Source: the human T2T-CHM13v2.0 reference genome, Homo sapiens. Taken from it: 64,000 bases of DNA. Shown here piece after piece: positions 49,378 through 64,000 of the stretch. Each line of letters starts with the position of its first letter. Within the stretch, counting starts at the first letter, position 1. The notes below the pieces were generated by a model that worked only from the letters and a program-made list of their open reading frames with translations, ran no database searches and was not told the DNA's origin. The stretch lies in the NCBI RefSeq assembly GCF_009914755.1, contig NC_060926.1. One strand, 5' to 3'. Made by a program: the position numbers and the translations under genes.

Positions 49378-50073
49378 GCAGTCATTAAAAAGTCAGGAAA
49401 CAACAGGTGCTGGAGAGGATGTGGAGAAATAGGAACACTTTTACACTGTTGGTGGGACTGTAAACTAGTTCAACCATTGTGGAAGTCAGTGTGGCGATTC
49501 CTCAGGGATCTAGAGCTAGAAATACCATTTGACCCAGCCATCCCATTACTGGGTATATACCCAAAGGACTATAAATCATGCTGCTATAAAGACATATGCA
49601 CACGTATGTTTATTGCGACACTATTCACAATAGCAAAGACTTGGAACCAACCCAAATGTCCAACAATGATAGACTGGATTAAGAAAATGTGGCACATATA
49701 CGCCATGGAATACTATGCAGCCATAAAAAAGGATGAGTTCATATCCTTTGTAGGGACATGGATGAAATTGGAAATCATCATTCTCAGTAAACTATCACAA
49801 GAACAAAAAACCAAACACCGCATATTCTCACTCATAGGTGGGAATTGAACAATGAGAACACAGGGACACAGGAAGGGGAACATCACACTCTGGGGACTGT
49901 TGTGGGGTAGCGGGAGCGGGGAGGGATAGCATTAGGAGATATACCTAATGCTAAATGACGAGTTAATGGGTACAGCACATCAGCATGGCACATATATACA
50001 TATGTAACTAACCTGCACATTGTGCACATGTACCCTAAAACTTAAAGCATAATAATAATAAAATTTTAAAAAA
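49378..50073 (+). mobile_element. 5'-truncated young L1PA (L1PA2/3-like) 3' end
   Basis: Open ORF2 C-terminus ([34 protein letters not shown]...HRIFSLIGGN*), G-rich 3' UTR, gctaaatgacgagttaatggg, A-rich tail. Confidence 0.93.
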
Positions 50074-50908
50074 GTAATAGGAACATAAATGCAAGAATAA
50101 AAGTGTTTACAAGATTTGAAGGACTAATTATATCTGAATGGAGCTGAGTGGTCTGAGGTTTCATTAAATGGTGTCAGGGAAGGCTTCCCTAGTGAGCTGG
50201 AATTTGGAGGATAATAGGAATTGATTCTGTGGACAAGGGAGAGTAGACACATTAGCTTCCTATGTGGTCTTTCGGTTAAATAAAGAGGGATTGGGGAATA
50301 TATTTCTGTGTTTCCAAGACTAATAAGCTTCTTTAAATATCAACTTTTAAGATATGAATTCTTGGTCACTGATATCTCTGGTACTTTTATTAGCAAATAG
50401 AGCTTTGGATTACCTGGCTCCTAACAATTCCACCCCCCTTTTTAAAACTGATTTTGTTTCACACTCATTCAAAGTCTAGGCACATTATTTAGCACTCTCT
50501 CGTGAATTCCATGTTTTTATTATTGTTCCTTATCCACACTGACAACCTAAAAGTTTTAAACCAGAAATAACTTTCTCTTTGCCCCATATTAACATTTGCT
50601 TTCATAGAGTAGCTAGGTTCTATAGAACCATTAGATATATAACAACTCTATTTAAAAAATAAATGTATAAAAGAAGCAGATGACATTTAGGAGTTATATT
50701 TCAAAGAGATGTATTTTGGGGATATTTAGATATAACAGCTAGGAACCTTTTTCTCTCTTGTTTCTCTTACTCCCTTCACTTTTTTTCAGTTGACTCAGTT
50801 AAGAAAGTTTTCTTATTGTCTCAAAGTAATTGATGAGGGTGACCTTTTATGTAATAGGAAATGTTCTTGATGAAATATTTTCAGAATTTCCTATTTCATG
50901 TCTAAAAG

Positions 50909-51088
50909 GAAGAAGAAGAATTTTCAGTTCTTGCCAGCTGCCTGGGACTTCTGCCAACGTTTTACCAAACAGAACATCCATTCATCAGTGCCTCCTGTCT
51001 GGATTGGCCAGTTCCAGCATTTGATATTATAACTCAGTGGTGTTTTGAGATAAAATCATTTACTGAAAGACATGCAGAACAAGGAAAG
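50909..51088 (+). CDS. UBR3: UBR3 coding exon (weak acceptor)
   Basis: Acceptor tctaaaag|GAA, donor AAG|gtatgt. Encodes EEEEFSVLASCLGLLPTFYQTEHPFISASCLDWPVPAFDIITQWCFEIKSFTERHAEQGK (180 nt, phase 0-0). It is the only nearby AG that keeps the frame open. Confidence 0.9.
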
Positions 51089-54000
51089 GTATGTTAAAAG
51101 AGTTGTACTAGCTTGTCACGGTGGTGATATGCTAATAGGTAAGAGAATAATGAGGACTGTTAAATTTTAGGTCATCTGTTTTTGACAGCAATTATAAAAC
51201 TTGATTAAATTGAAAAAAATTGTTTACTTATGTAGATTGTATTTATAATGGAAGAAATATTTCAGCTAACAAAGGTAAGGCATTAGTCAATACTTTTAGT
51301 TTGTTTGGGGTCAGCAGATTTTTATTGAATACCTTAAGTAATCATAGGATTAGACTTGGTAGATACAAAGGAATTTTAAGGTAGACAAGGAATTTACATT
51401 TTTGTTTGAAGAACTGGCTTATATTTTTAAAACAAATTGGACTAGCAAATCTAAAAGGTCATGTCTTTAACTTTAAAATTTCTTGGGCCTATGCTACCAG
51501 CTCAGCTAGTTAAAGGGTTTGTATTGAAGATAAGTAGAGTGGGAACAGCAGTGAGTGGCTGTGTATGCCATGGTTGGAGTCTCAGAATTCTAGAACTACA
51601 GTTTTTTAAAATTGAATAATGTGATGAAAGTAGTATTTTGGGGAGTAATTCTGGTGTCTTTTTAGTGGATAAATTAAAGTAAGGATAAAGGGAAGCCAGA
51701 AAATATTTAGGTGGTGAAAAAAATCTAGACTATTTTTCCGATTGTAAAACTTGGAAAGTAACTAATGTAAGAGACATTTGAGAAAAATATAGGACTTGGT
51801 GACCAGATGTACATGACTTTAAGATCTTGAACTCCAATCATTAGGAGAGTAGTGTCTAGTATATACAGCTACAGTAGGAACATGCGGCTGCTTAAACACC
51901 ATTGCTGATGCCCCATTGCCTATGGAAGAAGGTATGGACTCCTTGCATGGCACTCAAGGATCTTCACCATCTTGCTTGCCTTTCCATCTCATCGTATAGC
52001 CTCCCTCTGCCATTACCTTGCTCAAATCACAAAAGAATGTTTCATAAGTATGCTATACATTTTTAAACTTCTAGAACATTACTTATTGCTGTTACTAAAG
52101 CAACCTTCCTACCCTTCTGTTGAATTAATAATCACTGTTTGCTAAGTAACATTTACCTTTGCTAAGATAAATGTGACTTCCTCCATGAAGATTTGTCTGA
52201 TAGTCCATCTTCCTTACATCCTAATCCCTTTTTTTTCTGTTGTTCCATAAGGCTGTACTTTTGTGACTTTCTCTAACAGTTGCCATGTTCATTACATTTG
52301 TTTCTTTAATGTATCTGAATGGGGGCTCCACGAAGCAGAAATTGTTCCTTATTTATCCCCGGTTTCTAGAAAGTGCCTCATATATACTAGTCACCTAATA
52401 AATATTTGTAGAACAATTAAGTTGTGGGGTGGTGTCTTTGGCAGAAATAGAACGTATTAAAGGGGAGCCAAGTTTCAGGGAAAGTGAGAATTTTAATTTT
52501 GAACATCAAAGGGACAATAAAAAATTAATATTTCAGATGAATGTGTCAGACTAGGTTTCATTTTTAAAACATTGGAGTGAATAATAAAAGATAAGCATAA
52601 GTTATAAATGTCTCTGCTTTTGTTCTTTTCCATTTTTTGCTGAAATCCTTAAAAAGATGCTATCTCATTTTATACCCTTTTTTTTAAAAAAAAGGGAAAT
52701 TCAAGTTAATTGAATCTTGCATATTACATATACAAATATCTTCCTGTCTAGTAATTTCTTTATTCACAGAGCATATAGCAATAATTTGACATCATACTTT
52801 GATGTCTGAAAACCTATGCAGGATGACATGGAGTAAGAGGGGTATAATTGTAGAACCAAGGCAGGGAAAAAAGTGATGAGCACACCCAGAGTTTGTCTTC
52901 ATATGAGCCATAGGTTAAAATCAAGCCTACATTTTAGATGAATGATTATTGTATGTATGCTGATGGAAAATAAGAATTTATCATTTTAAAATATTTAATC
53001 TTTTCATATAATTAGGTGATAATTATTGTAGAGGCAGTGTAGTAGACATTTGATTAATTTATTAATTTATGCTAATGCAGAATTTTTGCCAGTTATGTAA
53101 GTACACCACCATTTGACCTGTATTCCCCCTTGTGTCCCTGCTCCACTCTTGTGTTCCTAACCCTGATCCTGACCCTAGGTCAACCAGATTCTCTTTCTCA
53201 GGAATGTTAAATCTGTATAGCGAGACTTAGCAGGGTAAATGGTGACAGGAGCTGTATAGTCCAACAGTACTACCCTTGAAAAACTGTCTGTGAATTACTA
53301 CTTCTGAATTTTTTTATCAGTTAAGATTCTTTGTTTGGGAACAACAAAATCCAGTTCTGATTTAAAATAAGGAAAACCAAAGCAAACTATGACAGAAAAA
53401 AAAAAAAAACAGGATTCATTGGAAGCATACTTGGTAACCTGCAGAATTGAAGAGCTTAACTGTCATCGCTTGGGAAGAAGAGAAACCACAAAGATCTCTG
53501 CTCTGTTTTCTCTGAAGTGCTGCCACCAGATAACTAAGCCTCAACCATTTTCCTTCCTTTAATTTGCATGCTCAAGGTTCAGATTCCTGGGAGAGAGAAT
53601 CTGGTTGGCCTAACTGTTGTAATACATATACCCCAGTGGTGGGGCAGGATCTTGTGTTGGGGACAGCCCCATCAGAACTGTACGGAGCAAGAAAAGGGGT
53701 TATTTTCTAAAAGAACTTATAATGTTATTAATATAAGAAAGCAGCAAAGGATGCTAGGAGGATTTAAAAAACAAACTAGTGGCCCACTACTTTCACATCT
53801 TACCTGCCTGGCTCATACACACCCTTCTTCTCATTCACAGTTTCACTTCTGCTGTTGAAAATGATGTAACCATTTTACTTATGACTGCAAATGCATCTGT
53901 GACTTTCCCAAATAAGCAACCTGATGTCACATATAGTCCTTACATCATCAGGCCTCTCTGCATCCAGTAGCTCTGAGAGATGTCCATTGTTCCTCTCATT

Positions 54001-54562
54001 TGTACTCACACCCAGATGGCCTGGAAAATTTTAATTAGTACCTGCTCACCCTGAATTCAATAGTAAGAGAATGAAAATGTTGCAAAGATATATGATACAG
54101 TAAGCAAGATTTGCAAGTAGTCATAAAGCTGCAGCTAATATACAGTCAAATATATATGACTTTCTTCTTTTACCATCCGTGATCCAGCACACCTCAACGG
54201 ATGATTGGATTTGTTTGAGCAAGGATGTGATACCAAACTTTATTCTGAAAGGGCTGAGCTTCTGGTGATTGGTCCTGTCTTTGTTTCTATAAGGCTGTAA
54301 TCATTCTGTGTTAAATTTCTGCCTTTCAAGCTTGGTCTATGGTAGGGGTGGTGGTAGGGGTTTTTAAGTTCCAAAATATTGCTCTACCAATTGTATGGCA
54401 ATATTTTTATTCTTCTTGATAGTCATGGTCAATCCCTCCAGGCAATGCGATAAGCCACCCTTGTGATGTTATAAACCGTACTAGAGGATAGACAGTACAT
54501 AGCTTGTAAATCCGCAGAAGAGTCCGGAATAGCAGTGAAGCAGAAATTTAAGACCGAATTTT

Positions 54563-55870
<1,308 letters not shown>

Positions 55871-57294
55871 AAGACCGAATTTTAGGTGTAATCATGAGAG
55901 GTGTTACAGCTGTTAAATACTTTCCACCTCTTGTTTCCCATACATATGCATTCCAATTGTGAAAAAGGTCACCCATATATACTGGTTGCTGTTTAGAGCA
56001 TACACATTCTGTAGGTGATTTCTTCCAGCTGGTGCCATCTAAAAGTTTGTAAATTTCATGAATTTCATAATTTTTGTGGCACTGAAAAAATCAGTTTTGT
56101 AGTTCATGATTTAAAATACCACAGCTTTTTTCAGATGATTGAATATATGTTAAGATCAGTGAATTCCATGGACATCCACCTGTTGCCTTACATCTCTCTT
56201 CATGAGGGAAATTATTGGAGGTAATGTGCTATGGGCTACTGGATAACATGCAGCCTAACCTATAATAAGTGTCAAGTTCAGTGAGGACAAATTGTTATCC
56301 CTTCCCTTTAATGGAAGGGTTCCACTGTAATCAACTCATTACAGAATGCCATCCTTGGAGTCCAGGGTTGGGTGCTGAGTATTGGCAAATGGTGTATTGT
56401 ATACTGTTCTTATCATTGCTTCCATGGACACTTAATCCATGAACTTGTTGATGAGGAACAAGCTAGCTTAGTTACTCCACTGATTTAGGTGGATTATGGC
56501 TGCATGTAGGTAATGTGAGATGATCTCCATTTAAATTGACTATTACTTACAGTTTCTTAAGATAATAGACTCACTCTACATTTTATCTTTTTTAAGTGTG
56601 AATGGAGTAGCATCTAGAAAAATTTAGTGCTGCTGCCAGTATTTTTATACAGCTGCAAATAGTTAATAAAGCATACCCTTCAGGGAAATTTAACTAATTT
56701 GACAATTTTTTTATTCTTATAGCAAGACATTTATGAAAAGAATTGTAGCCCAGCACTTATGGATATAAAAGATCTTAGCAGCTTGAGGTGCAATGAATTG
56801 TACATACTCTAGGAAAGCAATTCTACATTATAAAGTATTAAAGTAGAAAAAATGAGTTATAACCATGATCTGTCCTAAAGAAAAAGCTAAAGAATTGTTT
56901 GAGAATGATCAAAACTTGGTTTTAAAAAATACGTAACTTTTAAAAACCTTTGCACTATGCATGTTTAAAGTCAAATACAATTAGATGTATTTTCCCTGCA
57001 TGCTTAGAGATGGTGTTTTTCTTTTAAAGTAATAACAAGTTTAAATGTTTTAAGGTGCTTAATCTAAAAAATTAAATCATACTGTAATTGGAAACTATAA
57101 TACATTAGATAATGGTAACTGTTGAACTACTATTTTAGTCATGTATAAGATGGAAATGAGAGGAGTGTTAATAAAGAAAATAAGCCACATTCTTGGAGGC
57201 AGATTTTTCTTTCTGTAAAAATACATTTAAAAAATATATTGTGTTAGTGACTTAAATACATAAAACTAATGAATATTTTTGGATAATGTTTTAG

Positions 57295-57504
57295 GCCTTG
57301 CTTATCCAAGAGTCAAAATGGAAATTACCACACCTACTACAGTTGCCTGAGAATTATAACACCATTTTTCAGTACTACCACAGAAAAACCTGTAGTGTCT
57401 GCACCAAGGTTCCTAAAGATCCTGCTGTTTGCCTTGTGTGTGGTACTTTTGTATGCCTGAAAGGACTTTGCTGCAAGCAACAAAGTTACTGTGAATGTGT
57501 ACTG
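57295..57504 (+). CDS. UBR3: UBR3 coding exon, Cys-rich part of the UBR1/2/3-family C-terminal domain
   Basis: Branch-like actaat, acceptor ttttag|GCC, donor CTG|gtaagc. Encodes ALLIQESKWKLPHLLQLPENYNTIFQYYHRKTCSVCTKVPKDPAVCLVCGTFVCLKGLCCKQQSYCECVL. Confidence 0.97.
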
Positions 57505-58025
57505 GTAAGCAATAGTAGATAATACAAAATTTATGAAAACACAGATCTCATATCACAAAATATGGTCAAGCCATCTCTTCATATTAACTACTCTTTGAAT
57601 TAAGTATATAATACATATAGGGATTGTGTGTGTTTTTTAATCCAGTAGAAGAGTAAAAAAAGAAAGTCTTTGAGGCTTTAAGTGAGTAAATCCTTCCTTA
57701 AGTACAATTCTAGTTCTCCTTTCATCTACTATCCCTTTAATGGTATGTACTTTGGAATGTGCTGTGAAACAGAAGTCATCTGTGCTGTTGAAGATACTAG
57801 ACTCTGAATTAGGTTGGCTCTTAATTGCTTTACTAGATATTCCTTACCCAAATACCTCCTAATGTATTAATAATAAAGTGTTAGGAATGGAGTTATAAGT
57901 TTAACTTAAATGAAATCTTACTATTTTTAAATCACTGTATTATTTAGAAGGCATTAATATATTCTTGATTTTATTATAAAGCCTATTTGATTATGAAGTT
58001 CATTAATATATTTTTAATTTTTTAG

Positions 58026-58165
58026 CACTCTCAGAACTGTGGTGCAGGAACAGGTATTTTCCTTTTGATCAATGCATCGGTAATTATCATCATTCGAGGT
58101 CACCGCTTCTGCCTCTGGGGTTCCGTGTATTTGGATGCTCATGGAGAGGAAGACCGGGATCTTAG
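58026..58165 (+). CDS. UBR3: UBR3 penultimate coding exon
   Basis: Acceptor ttttttag|CAC, donor AG|gttaga. Encodes [46 protein letters not shown](R), containing the YLDxxGExD motif of UBR1-3. Confidence 0.97.
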
Positions 58166-58285
58166 GTTAGATGTTCATGGATATATCCAGGTGTTTTATT
58201 GAAATTTGGTCAGTGAAAACCAATATGCTATTCCTGGCTTTGTAATTACAATTTTTTTAATATTAAGAAATTCTGACAGTCATTA

Positions 58286-59142
<857 letters not shown>

Positions 59143-59206
59143 GAAAGAAATGCATGTGAAATCTTCCGTGTATGATATTAATACTTTTTTTTTCTTTTTG
59201 TTCTAG

Positions 59207-59324
59207 GCGAGGCAAACCTCTCTACATTTGTAAGGAAAGATACAAAGTTCTTGAGCAACAGTGGATTTCTCATACTTTTGATCACATCAATAAAAGATGG
59301 GGTCCACATTACAATGGGCTGTGA
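59207..59324 (+). CDS. UBR3: UBR3 terminal coding exon up to TGA stop
   Basis: Acceptor tttttgttctag|G. Encodes [38 protein letters not shown], with TGA at 59322-59324. Confidence 0.97.
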
Positions 59325-61600
59325 CTCTCCACCTCAGCATTGCATCGTATCATCATTTTCGCTACGAATTTATTTTTCAACAATAAGCTTTAACTTAATT
59401 TGGGGGATTAACACTTTTGCTGAGGGAGAAAAAGAAAACATACATTATGAAGCCTTTCCAAAATTAGGTGCTTGGTAATCACGTTAATGGTATAATTTTT
59501 TTTTTTTAATATCTGGAGAACATTAATAACAAGTTAAATTATTCTTTAGTGGTCATTTTTTAAGTGCACAATTAATAAGAAGCACAACTTGTTCACAAAC
59601 TCATTCAGAAATGATTCTCCCAACAATGCATATCAGCTATTCATTGATACTTAGAGTGGGTGTGATTTATTTGACATTTTACTGCTTCTTTCTGTCTGTG
59701 TGTTTTAATTTGCATCTGCCAAGCATAATGCATCTTTTTTCCTCTGCCATTCTTGTGTTGATTGGAGAATTTTTCTGTATGTAATTAGAAAAAAATGTAA
59801 AACATGATTTATGTGAAATACTGTATAGTAAAAGTTGGTCTAATAGTAGAACTTTAAAATTTTTTCTTATTGTGAGGAATCTGTTAAAAGTTTAAAGCTT
59901 TGCTGAAAACTGAATTCATTCTCAGGAATTTCATAAATCTTCTCCCCAGGTAAATAATTGAAATAGCTGTAAAATAAGTAGATAGCTGCTGTTAATATAA
60001 TACAGTACATTTTGGGGGGCATATGTGTGGTTGGGGGGTCCTTAAAAATCAAAATTTGCCATTTCAGTTGGATGAATTACTAGAGGTAATAACAAATCTT
60101 ACTATAAAATCAAGAGGTTTAAGAACATACACTGGGCAGATGTTGATTCCGTGCATGCCCACCTTTTATTACCAAACAAGGTTTTGTTTATATGATTGTA
60201 TTAGAAATGCTCAGACTTCCCCAGAAATGAACCATAAATTTTGGAACTTCCTTTCAGCTCAAGAGGTTCAGCTATATTGTATTTGTGCAGTGTAATCACT
60301 ACTATTTCTGCTCGGTTTCCTAAAAGGAAAAAAAAGGCGCAGTGGTGATGACCCTCATGAATGAGCCACGCTTCTGCATTCTTCTTAGAAACTGCTGTGA
60401 AAAACAATTTATGTTTGCAGGGTTTAAAAATCAGTAAAAATGGGAATGATTGAGCTAAAACCCACTCTATGAGAAGGAAGATTACTGAAAAGCATGTGAC
60501 ATATTGCTACAAAGATTTTTTTTCCTAAATGATTCAGTAATTGAATGATTATTTAATATATAGTGCTATCAAGCAATCCCTGGTACTTTGGACTTCCATG
60601 GCTTGTTATATAAAATTACATTTTTACATGTAAAAATAAACTAAACAAATCTAATGATAAAATATAATGTCAGATCCATGTTCTAAAAAATTTTTGTAAT
60701 GACATGACATTACAAGAGTATAAAAATGGACATTAAATCATGGCCTTGCATTAAAATATGGAAAGCAGAGCAGTACATATTCAAATGTATTCAGAAAGTC
60801 AAAAGATTACCTATCGTTCTACAATAAAATACATGGAAATAGCTTGCTATTTTTATATACATTTCCAAAATATTAAGATAACTTTCTGTAAGAGTCAATG
60901 ATTCTGTTCGACTAAATAGCTGTCCTTTCCAACACATTGCTACTTTTTTAAATACTGTATCATAAGTTCAGCCTGTCATACTTTTTGCATTGATCGTTAT
61001 GAATACCAGACCATTTGTAAGTGTGGTTGAAGAGCAAAATGCTAATTGACATCTCTAGTAAATACTGTTACAGGATTCATGAACTTGAATAATTCTACAG
61101 TTTGAAACTCTGATGCTATATATACATGGTATAATGTATTCAGACTTTGATTACTACTTATTTAAAATGGAATGTTTTATGGTTGTGCATATGGATGTGA
61201 AGTGAAAATATTAGCCTTAACTTTAAAATTTGGGTGTTTGATAGTGTTTATTTTGATATTGGTGAATTAGTCACCAGTAAATTTTAAAAAAGCACTTGGT
61301 TGAAAATTGTACTTGAATACATACATGCATGCTGCTAAACTAGAACTTTAATTTTTCCCCATAACTTTTATAAGTCCCATTTATAAACCCACTTTTAAAA
61401 ATAACAGGTCCAAGTTAGAGTGATGTGTGTATATTATTCAAAAAAATGTACTGGTGTGATATCTTGTATGAATGATCATTTAAATACAGTACATTACTGT
61501 AGAAGCTAAATTGATCTTTATAATTAAGCAGAAATTACAAAACTAGGAATAATCAACATTGTAAGATATGTTAATAAAAACCTGCTGTCATTTGGTTTGT
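59325..61600 (+). other. UBR3: UBR3 3' UTR (end approximate)
   Basis: AT-rich stretch with no recognisable interspersed repeat after the stop codon, ending at AATAAA 61573-61578 followed by a GT-rich element. Confidence 0.75.
60635..60828 (+). terminator. Candidate proximal poly(A) signals
   Basis: AATAAA at 60635-60640 and 60823-60828 within the 3' UTR. Confidence 0.4.
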
Positions 61601-61602
61601 GA
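61573..61602 (+). terminator. Distal polyadenylation signal and downstream GU-rich element
   Basis: AATAAA at 61573-61578, then cctgctgtca and tttggtttgtg; TGTA motifs lie upstream. Confidence 0.7.
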
Positions 61603-63319
61603 AAGGTCCTTAAAATGTTTACTGCTTACATGTTTTTTTTTCCCCCAAAGATATTGACAGTAATATATGTGAGTGAACATGGCTGAAAAGATCAAAGCAC
61701 AACATAATTAGTAGTTGCTTTAGGGTGGAGTAAGTGTAAAGGGTTTGCTTTGCTTTTTTTCTTTTATTTGCAGAGTGAGTTCTTGCTTCTTCAGTCCTTG
61801 TCTCATAATCAATGCACATTCTTTGCTAAGTGTGTGTGTTTGGTAGGGGGAGAAGGAAATGGGTATGTAGATCTGAGGAATTGTGGTCTCTGTTCTTTTC
61901 TGAAAGTTCCCAGCCAGACTTCAGAAATGTTTAGTGCTTTATGAGAATGTTTATTTTGAGTGGTTTGCATTCTTGTTTGAATTGACAGTCCTCACCCCTA
62001 CCTCTCCATCCTGAAGCTCACCAGCCATTTATCAGCTAGCAGTCCATTTCTCTTCAGACCTTTCTCTGTTTTATGTATTCCGATATTTACTGATTTCTGT
62101 GACTTAGAAAAAGATGCTGACTAAAAGCACTGAAGGCTTAGAGGAAACAGCAATATGGGAAGAGATGTGGTCTAAGACTCTCTGTATTATCTCCAGGATT
62201 CTAATTGCTGACTCTCAAATGGCTGTTGATGGCTTATATTTGAGATCATATTTGGGGTTGGGGGGGACACAAAGCATGGTTTTAACCACTAGAATCAAAT
62301 CACCGAGAGAAGATGAATTCATTGGTGAGGATGCCTGATGATTGATGATTGTGGGAGAGCAGATGACTTATGACTGTGTCTCAGTCCCATTCACAGCACA
62401 TAGTTCTTTCCTCTGCCTTATGATCTGGCTAGATGATATCAAGCACTGCTTAGTTCAACAGGGATGAGCTGGAGTGGGCAAAACAGCAACATGATCACTT
62501 CTCTATTTATGACACTTCAAGCTCCCTATTAATTAGGCATATCAGGTATGGAAGAGCTATGACCTGCCATCTTAGTGTACAGTACAAGTAGTGGAATGAA
62601 TGTGACTTCAGCTGATGCAACACAGTGAAAACACACAATGGAACCTTGTGTAGAGCTGCCTTTGTGCAAGTTAAATTAATGTAAGATGTGACAGTACCAA
62701 AATCAGTGAGGTAGAGCCCAACAGCAGACCAGAAGGAGTGGGGTCAAGAGCACAGATAAAAGCTTCAGGTTGAGGGGAAAAGATACAAGAGAAAAGGAAA
62801 GAAAGTCTAGAGCAAAATAAGAGGATTTGTGTCTGATTCCCTCTTCTCTTGGTGACAAAGGAGCAGGATCATGTACCGAGAGTGAACAGGCCTAGCATAT
62901 CTGGGGGCTTGAGATAAGTGGCAAAAGCTTAGACATATGCTAGGAGAGAGAACAGGCCAGAAATAAGGGGAAGCACCACTGAAGTTATATTGACAGCCAA
63001 GTGGGGTTAGAAAACCTAAGTTTAATGGAGCCAGTTAGAAAGATTCTGTAACTTTGTGGAGCCCCTGAGTTTAGCAGCTTAGGACCTGAAGGATAGAAAT
63101 TAGACTGCTAAATTAACTGGGGTTTGGAGACACGGATACAAAATGTAAAGGATGCAATATAAGTTAAGAGAATTAGGGGAGCTGGTTGAAATGAGTGTGG
63201 GGTTCATGTTGGATTTGTAGGGGCGTAGGATTGGAAGACACAATAAGATTTAGTAAGACAATGAACTCTTTCAAAGTTTTCTTTTGAACTTACGCAAAAT
63301 TGCTGCAATGTTGAAGCAT

Positions 63320-64000
63320 TTAAATTCGTTTATTTAGTAAATATTTATTGCACTCCTCCTGTGTACCAAGCACTATGATAAATACTGGAAATACAGTGGA
63401 AAAGAAGTCAGATAGTCCCTTCTCTCACCTCGCTTTCTGTATGATTAGTGTTACAAATGGTATGTGTGTTTGGAGGAGAAGAGAAGTAGAGTAGAAGGTG
63501 CTATAGATGGACCCTCTAAACCAGACTTGGGTGTATGAGGAGGCTTCCAGTGGGGAGAGATGATGATTCCCAAATATTGTGTAGGTGATATCTGGGTGAA
63601 ACAAGTGTGGAGAGTAGTGATTCAGGCAGGCATAGAGAATATTGTTTGCGACGAGTTGAGAGAGCACTTGTGGATGTGAAAGGGAATCATTTTGACTGTA
63701 AGCATAGGTGCTTTTGAGAGGTAAAATCTAAATTACAAAGAGTTTTGTAAGCCATGCTGAGGGTTTTAGACTTTTTTAGAGAGCAATGGGAAGGCATTTT
63801 AGGGCTTTAGATAGTAGAGTGACATCAGATTTGCATTAGAAAAGTCAACCTGGCTGCACTCTGGAGAAAAATCCACTAGAGTGGAGAAACCTGCCAGGCA
63901 TCTGTTGAAAGACTCCAGATAAAACATGATAGTTGGCTCAAGTAGGGGAGTTGTGGTCGGGACAGAGAGATGTGGACAGTATCTGAAGAGAGTTGACAGA
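63320..64000. mobile_element. L2 fragment downstream of the gene
   Basis: aaatatttattgcactcctcctgtgtaccaagcact...gagcaatgggaaggcattttagggcttt...gacatcagatttgcatt are typical L2 3' phrases. Confidence 0.65.

Noticed and set aside
49282-49848. Longest ORF in the track (188 aa)
   Set aside because: It is the C-terminal fragment of L1 ORF2p with a non-ATG start in flanking DNA; there is no promoter or RT domain.
59289-59294. AATAAA inside the last coding exon
   Set aside because: Explained by Asn-Lys codons; cleavage there would fall around the stop codon.

Overview
AT-rich, Alu-dense primate (most likely human) genomic DNA carrying the 3' end of the N-end-rule E3 ligase gene UBR3 on the + strand. 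I traced nine coding exons: 6819-6921, 18349-18452, 32921-33045, 38536-38643, 38775-38900, 50909-51088, 57295-57504, 58026-58165 and 59207-59324. All have GT-AG boundaries and compatible phases, and they splice into one open frame of about 404 codons ending ...[11 protein letters not shown] ~2.3 kb 3' UTR with three AATAAA signals follows. One intron holds a full-length antisense NSA2 processed pseudogene with a 13-bp TSD and an internal Alu. The rest is mostly Alu, L1, L2, MIR, LTR and Tigger/mariner remnants, several of them nested. Almost all entries in the ORF track are repeat-derived noise. I found no convincing new multi-gene system. The least explained signals are a locally templated insertion ending in a ~100-nt near-perfect hairpin (4645-4837), a second template-switch scar (6007-6111), an in-frame Alu read-through with a downstream poly(A) signal after exon 38775-38900, and candidate in-frame micro-exons. 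Gene and repeat family names come from my recall of the sequences, not from a database search.
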